Virus record (IMG/VR): IMGVR_UViG_3300042308_001312
Span: 1-32,141 of that record
From: a virus
Lineage: Duplodnaviria; Caudoviricetes
Direction: 5' to 3' (one strand)
DNA: 32,141 nt
Of this stretch, positions 17,370-24,632 are shown piece after piece (positions within the stretch are counted from its first letter, which is position 1; every line of letters starts with the position of its first letter). A model generated the notes under the pieces. It had not been told where the DNA came from. It worked only from the letters and a program-made list of their open reading frames with translations, and ran no database searches. The translations under genes and the position numbers were made by a program.

Positions 17370-18230
17370 TTAGAGGGGGAACCCGTCGTCCTCGAAGGGA
17401 ACGACTTCGGGGGACTCGGCGAACAGCTCGACCTCGGCGACCTTGGAGGCCGGAGGCGGCGGCGGAGCGGGGAGCTTCGCCCTGGTAGCAACCGAAGCGG
17501 GGGCCGCCGGCGGGGTCGAAGGGACCTCGACGTGGGAGACCTCGACGGTCGCGGTAGGAGCTGCGTCAAACTCGACGTGGTCGTCGGCCGCGAGGGCGTC
17601 CGAGAACTCGATCGAGCGGGGGAGGTACTTCGCGGCGCGGCGGAGGACCGTCTTCTTGCCCATCTCGGAGAAGTCGGTCGCCCACGGCCCCGAGCTCCCC
17701 GACTGGGAGCGACCGCGGATCGCGTTGACTTCGTGGAGGGGCATCCACTCGAACAGGTGCTCCCCGCCCGCGAGCGTCGCATGGCAGTAGAACCCGAGGA
17801 TCCGGTTGTCCTTCCGCCGGAGGTCGGGCTTATGGGTGAACGGGACCGAGGCGGCGTAGTCGATCTCGAAGCGGTCGGTCTCGTAGACGACCCGCGACGC
17901 GATGGAGGTGACCTTCCCGGAGCGGCGAATGAGGTCGAGGAGGCCTTGGTATCCGATAAGGAACGTTGCCTCGCCCTTGCGGGGGATAAGGTAGCAGGAA
18001 CCGAGGACACCCGGCTCGAGGCCGAGCTGCGACGCTGTCATGACGCAGGCCATGATCGAGGCGGGGTTGCACTCGGCGAGGCCGCGAACGGTGCGAAGGG
18101 AGGTCAACGCAAGGCGGGCCATTCGCTCCGGGGCGAAGTGGGACGGGAGGGCGGCTCGGAGCTGCGACAGGGTGGCGGGCGACGCCAACCAGTTCTCGAC
18201 GGTGGTATCTCTGCGGGCGATCTGGGTCAT
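17370..18230 (-). CDS. recT: RecT-family single-strand annealing recombinase
   Basis: C.P.SI......ASQLGLEPG.LG..YLIP, F.IGYQGL..L..RSG, VY..D.F and GPW.TDF.EM.KKTVLRR..KYLP.SIE. Confidence 0.95.
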   Translation of the reverse strand: MTQIARRDTTVENWLASPATLSQLRAALPSHFAPERMARLALTSLRTVRGLAECNPASIMACVMTASQLGLEPGVLGSCYLIPRKGEATFLIGYQGLLDLIRRSGKVTSIASRVVYETDRFEIDYAASVPFTHKPDLRRKDNRILGFYCHATLAGGEHLFEWMPLHEVNAIRGRSQSGSSGPWATDFSEMGKKTVLRRAAKYLPRSIEFSDALAADDHVEFDAAPTATVEVSHVEVPSTPPAAPASVATRAKLPAPPPPPASKVAEVELFAESPEVVPFEDDGFPL

Positions 18231-18245
18231 GACTCTCTCTAGGTG

Positions 18246-18268
18246 TGGTCTCTCGACCGTTGGGGGGA
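18246..18268. repeat. 23-bp direct repeat, copy 1 (TGGTCTCTCGACCGTTGGGGGGA), upstream of recT
   Basis: Exact match to 18834-18856. Confidence 0.9.
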
Positions 18269-18278
18269 CTGGGGTAGG

Positions 18279-18815
18279 TTACTTCGTGACGAACAGGGAG
18301 GCGTCCCAAGGGGCGCGGACACCGGAGCGGAGGTCGTAGAGGACACCGTCGACGAGCTCGGCGCGACCTTGGTCGATCTCGCGATAGATCGCGTTCCTTC
18401 TCCGGTCCGCTTGGGCGAGGAACTTTGCGGCGTCGGCCTTCGCCGTCGCGATGGACTTGGGGTCTTTGTAGGCTTGGGCCCTTTTTCTCGCGAGTGTCTG
18501 GAGTTGACCGAGTTCTGCGACTCTCGAATCGAGTTTCGACCAGTCGAGGCGGGGTCGTTTGTAGCGTCCCTTTGCGGTCTTCTCCTCGGCGGGGGCGGTG
18601 CTGTCCTCGAGCTTCTCGTCGGAGTCGCGGAGGACGGCCTCGAGGGCCGCGTGCGGGTCCTCGGAGACGCAACCGTCCCAGTCGGGGTCGACGTGGCGGC
18701 GGCGGTCCTTCTCGTCGAAGGGGATGATCCCCTGGTACTCCGCGAGCTGTCGCAGAAGGTAGAGAACCTCCTCTCTGAATCGTCGATCTTCGTAGTCGAA
18801 CAAGGTCTCACTCAT
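18279..18815 (-). CDS. Hypothetical protein (178 aa) between exonuclease and recT
   Basis: ATG 18815 (MSETLFDY...) with GAAGGTG upstream. It is the 3' part of the 18279..19847 track ORF. Confidence 0.65.
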   Translation of the reverse strand: MSETLFDYEDRRFREEVLYLLRQLAEYQGIIPFDEKDRRRHVDPDWDGCVSEDPHAALEAVLRDSDEKLEDSTAPAEEKTAKGRYKRPRLDWSKLDSRVAELGQLQTLARKRAQAYKDPKSIATAKADAAKFLAQADRRRNAIYREIDQGRAELVDGVLYDLRSGVRAPWDASLFVTK

Positions 18816-18833
18816 CTTGTCACCTTCAAGTGT

Positions 18834-18856
18834 TGGTCTCTCGACCGTTGGGGGGA
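18834..18856. repeat. 23-bp direct repeat, copy 2
   Basis: Exact match to 18246-18268. Confidence 0.9.
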
Positions 18857-18892
18857 GGGGCGTAGTCGGGCCTTGACCCCGACTGGGAGGGC

Positions 18893-19909
18893 CTAGCCCT
18901 TCTTCGCCTTGGGCGCGGTGACCCGACACGAGGCGGAGACCTTCGTGACCTTTTGGAACTTCGCGAGGAGCTCGGGGTGGGCCTCGCCGAACGCCTTCGA
19001 GTCGAACGAGGCCCGCTCGGAGGCGTCCGAGAAGGACGACTTGAAACCCGCAGCGGTCGCGAGCTTCGCGGCCGACTTGTGCGCCTCGAGGATGACCCGC
19101 TTCGCGTCGTCCTGGCGATCCTCCAAGGCCTTGATCTCGGCGTTGATCCGAGCGTAGGTCTCGATCGCCTCGGCGACCTCGCCGTCTACCTCGAGCGGAC
19201 CCTCGGTCGCAGGGTTGATCGTACGGGCGAGCGTAGAGAGGGCGTCCGCGTCGGTCGCAGCGGGGAGCAGTAGGTCGGGGTGGTTGACCCAAGCGATCGC
19301 CGTCGTAGCGGCCTCTACGATGACAGAGAAGGCGTCGACGTCGGGAAGGATCGGGATCAAGTAGAAGTGGTAGACCGTCCAAACGGCGAGGTAGCCCTTC
19401 TCCGCTCCGGTGACGAACAACTGGGTCTGAACTTGCCACCAATACGAGAGACGGGCGTCCTTGCCTTCCAAGTGGGCGAACCCGTTCGCGAGGACGTCGT
19501 CCCAGTCGAGACGAGCTCGGTCGAGTTTGGCCTCGACAACTCCGACGCAGACCCCCGCCTCGTCGAGGATGACTCCATCCGGCGTAGCGGAGACAGGGTG
19601 GGCGAGATCGCGTACGGGAGCGACCGGGGAGACGATGTAGGCCTCGAGCTGCGCGGACGCCTGGGCGAGAACGAAGTCCTCCGCGAGACGGCCGAGGGAC
19701 ATCGCCTCGGAGTCCCAGACGCGGGGGTTGCCGGAGAGGGCGTCTCGCTTGTCCAGGACAAGGCCGAGGAGGCCGCCGTAGGTCGAGACCCCGAGAGTCA
19801 TCCCGACCTCGGAGGCCCCCACCGTCTCGGCGCGGGTAGCGTGCCACTCGTGGGAGTCCTTGGGGTAGGCGGCGACTGGGACGCAGTTGGTCAAGTAGCG
19901 GGGAGTCAT
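18893..19909 (-). CDS. YqaJ-like viral recombinase / lambda-exonuclease family protein (338 aa)
   Basis: EW...R...VGASE, G...E, SATPDG, VEAK and Y..QVQ.QL.VTG. ATG 19909 is preceded by TAGGA. Paired with recT. Confidence 0.88.
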   Translation of the reverse strand: MTPRYLTNCVPVAAYPKDSHEWHATRAETVGASEVGMTLGVSTYGGLLGLVLDKRDALSGNPRVWDSEAMSLGRLAEDFVLAQASAQLEAYIVSPVAPVRDLAHPVSATPDGVILDEAGVCVGVVEAKLDRARLDWDDVLANGFAHLEGKDARLSYWWQVQTQLFVTGAEKGYLAVWTVYHFYLIPILPDVDAFSVIVEAATTAIAWVNHPDLLLPAATDADALSTLARTINPATEGPLEVDGEVAEAIETYARINAEIKALEDRQDDAKRVILEAHKSAAKLATAAGFKSSFSDASERASFDSKAFGEAHPELLAKFQKVTKVSASCRVTAPKAKKG

Positions 19910-19919
19910 GGTCGGGGTC

Positions 19920-20273
19920 CTAGTTGAGGGTCTGGAAAGAGTCGGCGATGACGAGGCGGAGCGCGACGACGTCCGAGTCGAGGGCGAAGTTGAACCACGC
20001 GGTCCGCGTATCGGTGTGGACCTTGGACTCCGCGCAGACGTAGGTGATCGTCGAGGAGACCGAACCCTTCGCAAGGCCGTTGACGAGCTCGGCGGGGTAG
20101 AGGGTGACCGTCTGGGAGGCGATGGTGTCGCCGATCGTCCGTCGCTCGGTCATCGCGACGTCTCCGATGACACTGGGCGAGGGCTCCCAGTTCCGCGAGT
20201 CGTCGGTATTGAGGGCCGCCGCGAGGAGCTCGGCGTAGTGGGCGGGGGTGCAAGATTCGAGGGAGTAGGTCAT
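19920..20273 (-). CDS. Hypothetical protein (117 aa)
   Basis: Fills the gap on the early strand. AAGG upstream. Confidence 0.6.
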   Translation of the reverse strand: MTYSLESCTPAHYAELLAAALNTDDSRNWEPSPSVIGDVAMTERRTIGDTIASQTVTLYPAELVNGLAKGSVSSTITYVCAESKVHTDTRTAWFNFALDSDVVALRLVIADSFQTLN

Positions 20274-20359
20274 GACGGGTTACCTTGGGGGGTGGTGGCC
20301 GAGTGGCCGAGGGAGAGTCGGAGCGGGGCGGCGAACCTCGCGAGGGCCGAGCCCTGCGA

Positions 20360-20590
20360 CTAGTAGGCGGCGCGGCGACGCTCGGGCTTGCCGATGAACC
20401 CGGGATTGTAGCGGGCGAAGCGGGGGCGAAGGAGCTTCATCAAGGCGTCGATCGTCGCCTGTTCGCCGGCGGCCTCGAGGGCGAGGAACTTCTCGGCCAT
20501 TTGGTTCACGGTGCAGGTGGCGGCGAAGGTGGTCATCTCGTTGGTGGTCATGCGCGACTCTCGGTTGGGGTTGGCGTCGGTCTCACTCAC
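20360..20590 (-). CDS. Small hypothetical early protein (start GTG 20590 or ATG 20551)
   Basis: First ORF after the predicted promoter. Start uncertain. Confidence 0.5.
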   Translation of the reverse strand: MSETDANPNRESRMTTNEMTTFAATCTVNQMAEKFLALEAAGEQATIDALMKLLRPRFARYNPGFIGKPERRRAAY

Positions 20591-20632
20591 CGACCCCGAC
20601 TAGGTAGCCGCACCTTGACGGAGCGTCAAGGT
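20578..20632 (-). promoter_or_regulatory. Putative early promoter/operator module 1
   Basis: TTGACG (20629-20624) lies inside the perfect inverted repeat ACCTTGACG-gag-CGTCAAGGT (20612-20632). The 15-mer CGGTGAGTGAGACCG (20592-20578) lies 31 nt downstream. The -10 is non-consensus. Confidence 0.55.
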
Positions 20633-20674
20633 TATTGACACCACTTTGCGCCCCCTATGTCGTTTTCTTCGATC

Positions 20675-23449
20675 CTAGTCCCAAGGCTCCGATCGAGCGT
20701 CGAGGACCGGGGACCCCTCCTCGAACTCGCCTACCTGTTTAGACAGCTCGGCCGAGAGGACGTAGGCCCGAACGTCGCCGCCGCCGAGGCGCACCTTCCA
20801 CGTTCGCCGGTGGTCGGTCGACTTCTCGATCCAACCCTTCTCGACGATCGCTGCGATGACAGAGTCGACCGCGTAGCCCCGCTCGCCGAGGAACTTCTCG
20901 ACCTCGTGGGGGAGCATCGCAGCTCGCAAGGTGCCGTCCTGGGTCTTCCAAACCTTCCCGATGGTCGAGAGGTTCGAGTCGGGGGCCGTCGAGTGGTATT
21001 GAACCCGCTTCGTGTTGGAGGCGAACCAGGCGATCAAGGCGTCCATCGCGAGCGACGGCTTGTCCGCGTCCTTCGCTTGGTCGAAGGTGCTGTAGAGGTC
21101 CTCGGCCGAGAACAGACCGAACGGGCCTCGAGTCTTCCACTTCACCCCGACGGCCGCGCAGAACAGGCCGTGGGCGAGCTCCATCGCGGCGACGTGGTTG
21201 GATACCCTCCGCGTCGTGTCTCGGGCGGGGTGCGACTTCTTCGCGTAGTCGTAGACTTTGACGGCGAGCTCGCGGTACTCGGACGCAAGGCGGGCCTTGT
21301 CGGCGTCTCCCAGTGCGACGAGGTACGCGATCAACCGTTGGCCTGCGGTTCCATGGTGCCTCGAGTAGATCCCGGTCACCTCGTGGATCAAGTCGGAGGT
21401 GGCCGAGGAGTTGTCCCCGAAGATAGGGGCCTTGACGGAGACAAGTCGGGCGACCGTCCCCGCTTGCTTCCCCATGGTCGAGATCGACGACTCACCGGTC
21501 GAGAGGGCGATGTTCTGGAACTCGACCGTGGTCTGGGTCCCCGTAACCGTTCCCCTCGCCTTCCCTCGGCCCTGTGTCATCGCGTAGACGAAGGCGGAGA
21601 CAACCGAGAAGTTGTCGATCATGTGCTGCGTCTCGTCGCGGAAGACTGGGAGGCCCCGCATCGATCCTGCGACCCTCTCGACGGCGGTCCCCGTGTCGTT
21701 CCATTGGCCGACCAACCCCGCAGTCCCGAAGATGGAGGCCGCCCACTTGAGGGAGGTTGACTTGCCTCCCGACGACTCACCCCAAACGTCCAGGACGAAC
21801 TGTTCGCAACCAATGACCTCGATCAACGGGGCGACAGCTGCGGCCGCGTAGGCAAGCGCGACTCGAGGATGGAGGTCGAACACTCGCTCCGTCGTCTCGA
21901 TCCACGTCGAGAGGTCGCCGCGAGCTCGAACCGCCTCGACCTTCGACCGCATCTCTCCCTCGAGCGGGGCCATGTGAAGATCGGCGGCGGACCCCGTAGG
22001 CCGGTGGACTTCATCGTACCCTCGGACGAACGACCCCTCGACCCAACCAGTCGTCGGCGACAGTCGGGAGAGGCCCGTCAAGGTGACCTCGGAGAGTTGA
22101 CGAGCTGCGTCGAGGTAGTCGACCATCCCCTTCGCCGTGTTGGAGGTCACTGGGAGGCCCCGAGAGGCTAGGGCGACGATCGACCGGGTAGACGCTACCG
22201 CCTCGAGCGGGACGTGGAGCATACGAGACCCCAAGGCGGGCCAACCGGTCGCAAGGGTGACGAAGTGGGACTGGGTCGCGATGTCGAGCGAACGGCCGAC
22301 GAGGAACACCGGCGGGAAACAGACCCGAACCTTGATCGGAGCTCCGTTGCGGTCGAAGGCCTCGCGGGCGACCCCGCTTCCGTCGTCGAGGACGTACCCA
22401 CTCGGGAGTTGGACCATGGTCCCGTCGGAGAGGCGCGTCGAGAGGCCTCTAGGAAGGGCCGTTTCGACGGGGGTATCCTCGGGAGGGCTATCTGTCTCCC
22501 CCAAGTCGGGCTCCCCCGCCTCCAAGGCCCCGAGGAGTTGACGCCGAACCTCGCCCAGTCCCGCTCGGACGTGGAGGTCGTTCCAGTCGGTCTCCTTCTC
22601 GCCTCGGTCGGGGCCGAACTCCGGCGACACTACCACGCCGCCCGCCTGCGTCGCCGCCTTTCGTGCAGCTCGTAGCCCTGCATTGTCCGCCTTCTTCCAG
22701 TCGTCGTCCGCTGCGATCACCAGTCGCGCCTCGGGGAGGGCGTCTCGGACCATGATCGCAACCGTTGCGAGCTGCGAGGTGTCCATGGCGCAAAGGACCG
22801 TCCACCCTGTCGCCTGGGCGACCGTGGCCCCTGTCGCGTAGCCCTCGACGACTGCGATAATGTCCCGCGTCCCCGAGATCCGGTGGTAGGTCCCCGAGCG
22901 GTCCATCCCCTTCGCGTAGAGTTTGGCGGTTCCCTCCTTCGCTTGGATCCTCTGGTAGCCTCGGAGGTTGTTCGTCCCTCGGCGCAACGGGACTAGGAGG
23001 TCGCCGTCCGAGTTCATCCGAAGGTCCCACGCCTTGACCCCTTTTCGGACAAGGTAGGGGTGCTGCGGGTCGGCCTCTACCGCAGACTCCCAGACCGACC
23101 GAGCGGCCTTCGCCGCCTCCTCGCGAGCTGTCTCCTTCGCGGCGTCCGCGCCCTCCTTCTCTCGGCGAGCTCGGTCGAGGTTGTCCAGGTACTCGGCTCG
23201 CCCCGTCCGCTCCTCGGCCTTGATCGTCGCCCAGTCCTCGTCGGGACACACCCAAGCGACTGGGTCACCCGTCCACCGGCGGAACAGGCCCCGCGGTTTC
23301 CCGTTGGAGGTGTAGCGGTAGCAACCCTTCCCCCCGCCCTCGAGGGGAACCGTATGCCACTTGTCGTCATCTTCGACCCCTCGGGGAAAGGTCAACCCTT
23401 GCGACTCCGCATCCCTGCGAAACCGCGACTCCACGTCTGCGCGACTCAT
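20675..23449 (-). CDS. DNA primase-helicase (TOPRIM + DUF927 + P-loop NTPase)
   Basis: HPYL..KG, VVEGYATG, IAADDD and DWND (TOPRIM). TGW..GSFV (DUF927). GESSGGKS Walker A, FRDE Walker B, G.GK.R, LSTGE, HHGTAG. Confidence 0.9.
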   Translation of the reverse strand: MSRADVESRFRRDAESQGLTFPRGVEDDDKWHTVPLEGGGKGCYRYTSNGKPRGLFRRWTGDPVAWVCPDEDWATIKAEERTGRAEYLDNLDRARREKEGADAAKETAREEAAKAARSVWESAVEADPQHPYLVRKGVKAWDLRMNSDGDLLVPLRRGTNNLRGYQRIQAKEGTAKLYAKGMDRSGTYHRISGTRDIIAVVEGYATGATVAQATGWTVLCAMDTSQLATVAIMVRDALPEARLVIAADDDWKKADNAGLRAARKAATQAGGVVVSPEFGPDRGEKETDWNDLHVRAGLGEVRRQLLGALEAGEPDLGETDSPPEDTPVETALPRGLSTRLSDGTMVQLPSGYVLDDGSGVAREAFDRNGAPIKVRVCFPPVFLVGRSLDIATQSHFVTLATGWPALGSRMLHVPLEAVASTRSIVALASRGLPVTSNTAKGMVDYLDAARQLSEVTLTGLSRLSPTTGWVEGSFVRGYDEVHRPTGSAADLHMAPLEGEMRSKVEAVRARGDLSTWIETTERVFDLHPRVALAYAAAAVAPLIEVIGCEQFVLDVWGESSGGKSTSLKWAASIFGTAGLVGQWNDTGTAVERVAGSMRGLPVFRDETQHMIDNFSVVSAFVYAMTQGRGKARGTVTGTQTTVEFQNIALSTGESSISTMGKQAGTVARLVSVKAPIFGDNSSATSDLIHEVTGIYSRHHGTAGQRLIAYLVALGDADKARLASEYRELAVKVYDYAKKSHPARDTTRRVSNHVAAMELAHGLFCAAVGVKWKTRGPFGLFSAEDLYSTFDQAKDADKPSLAMDALIAWFASNTKRVQYHSTAPDSNLSTIGKVWKTQDGTLRAAMLPHEVEKFLGERGYAVDSVIAAIVEKGWIEKSTDHRRTWKVRLGGGDVRAYVLSAELSKQVGEFEEGSPVLDARSEPWD

Positions 23450-23508
23450 GTTCTCTCCGTTTGCCTTCGGAGATCGGACTGTGGTAGCATCCGATCACCT
23501 GGTTGTCG

Positions 23509-23566
23509 CGGTCTCACTCACCGCGTTACCTACAATCGCCGATCACGAGGTTGCTTGTCAACCTCC
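23509..23566 (-). promoter_or_regulatory. Putative early promoter/operator module 2 (upstream of primase)
   Basis: TTGACA (23561-23556) overlaps the inverted repeat GAGGTTG-N5-CAACCTC. The same 15-mer (23523-23509) lies 32 nt downstream. The -10 is non-consensus. Confidence 0.55.
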
Positions 23567-23631
23567 CGGCGATCCTCCCTCTCTCGACCTCTCCGTTGCG
23601 CGGCTCGGGTCGGGAGAGGGGACCTGCGACC

Positions 23632-24072
23632 TGTTCCCAGTGTTCCCGCGTGTTCCCGCGTGTTCCCACCCCCCTGGGAACGCATCGGAGCTAGGATCTA
23701 AGCGGCTCCGAGGGCCGTTTTGGGGGGGTGTTCCCACTGTTCCCACCCTAGGACACCCCCTAGGCGTGACGAACCCCCTTCGAGGCCGAGGCCGATCAAC
23801 CGACTACGGCCTAGGGGGGTCGCGCGCATATTAGGGAATAGTGGGAACAGTGGGAACTTGTGGAACATAACTAAATCAACGACTTGGAAGGCGGTTTTTG
23901 TTCCCATGGGGGTGGGAGACAGGTGGGAGACTACGCAACGCCCGTACAGTAGTCTCCCACTGTTCCCGCTGTTCCCACCCATTTTCGTCGATCCCGCTCC
24001 GAGGTCCTTTTGACCCCGACTCCGGCCGACCTCCCTCTCGGTCACTGGGAGAGGTGGGAACAGGTGGGAACG
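23632..24072. repeat. Iteron-like TGTTCCC/GGGAACA array; probable replication origin
   Basis: Forward copies at 23632, 23641, 23651, 23661, 23729, 23738, 23899, 23961 and 23970. Reverse or variant copies at 23676, 23834, 23843, 23852, 23861, 24056 and 24066. Spacing within clusters is 9-10 bp. AT-rich patch at 23864-23880. Adjacent to the primase-helicase gene. Confidence 0.75.
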
Positions 24073-24155
24073 GTCGACCCCTTGACCTACCCCCTCTCGT
24101 GGGGTTAGTTGGGGGCCGAGGCCCGTTCTAACAGTCGCGCCTGCGCGAGGTTCCC

Positions 24156-24632
24156 ATGGCAACCAAACCGACCAAACCGACTAAACCGACCCCGCCGAAT
24201 ACGTCGAAGCTCTCCCCCGAGGTCCTCGACCGGATCTGCGAGGGCGTCGCACTGGGCCTCCCCTACGAGCGAGCCTGTCTCCTCGGAGGCATACGCCGCG
24301 AGACTCTCCACGCTTGGAAGAACGCCGCCCCCAACACGCCCGAGGGGTCACTCCACCGACAGCTCGTGACCCGCCTCGAGGAGGCCCACGCGAAGGGACA
24401 GGCGGAGCTCCTCGACCAGATGAAGTCTCACGCTCGCGGGACTCGCCTGGAGAACGGGGCCGAGGTCCAAACTCGCGGCGAGTGGAAGGCGACCCAGTGG
24501 CTCCTCGAGTCGATCTACAAGATGCGGCCGGAGTCCAAGGTGGACGTGACCTCGGGGGGCGAGCCGATCAAGTATGTGGTCTCCATCCCTCGCGTTGAAC
24601 GCATCGCAGACGCCGCCGATGACGAGGGGTAG
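24156..24632 (+). CDS. terS: Terminase small subunit
   Basis: SKLSPE...ICE....G.....AC...GI.R.TL..W helix-turn-helix, then W.A..WLLE and KVDVTSGG. Directly before terL. Confidence 0.75.
   Translation: MATKPTKPTKPTPPNTSKLSPEVLDRICEGVALGLPYERACLLGGIRRETLHAWKNAAPNTPEGSLHRQLVTRLEEAHAKGQAELLDQMKSHARGTRLENGAEVQTRGEWKATQWLLESIYKMRPESKVDVTSGGEPIKYVVSIPRVERIADAADDEG

Noticed and set aside
18873-18884. (TT)GACCCCGACT recurring near 18873, 20592 and 24010
   Set aside because: These are short GC-rich matches (10-12 bp) with inconsistent position relative to genes. They cannot be separated from chance without statistics.
20635-20661. Plus-strand TTGACA...TATGT promoter antisense to primase
   Set aside because: The spacer is only 15 nt and the -10 is incomplete.
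23632-24072. TGTTCCC repeats as a CRISPR array (they resemble the GTGTTCCCCGC start of type I-E repeats)
   Set aside because: The units are 7-10 bp, abutting and in both orientations, with no ~30-bp spacers and no cas genes.
24082-24110. Possible sigma70 promoter before terS (TTGACC-N17-TTAGTT)
   Set aside because: The -10 does not fit TAnnnT at that spacing, so support is insufficient.
23361-24162. ORFs across the iteron region (e.g. 23698..24162 -, 23361..23834 +)
   Set aside because: The translations simply reflect the DNA repeats (GNSGNSG, FPLFPLFP). No SD or family motifs. Treated as non-coding.
24161-24191. 9-bp tandem repeat (KPT x3) at the terS N-terminus as a phase-variable element
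   Set aside because: The unit is a multiple of three and imperfect. It encodes a low-complexity N-terminal tail only.
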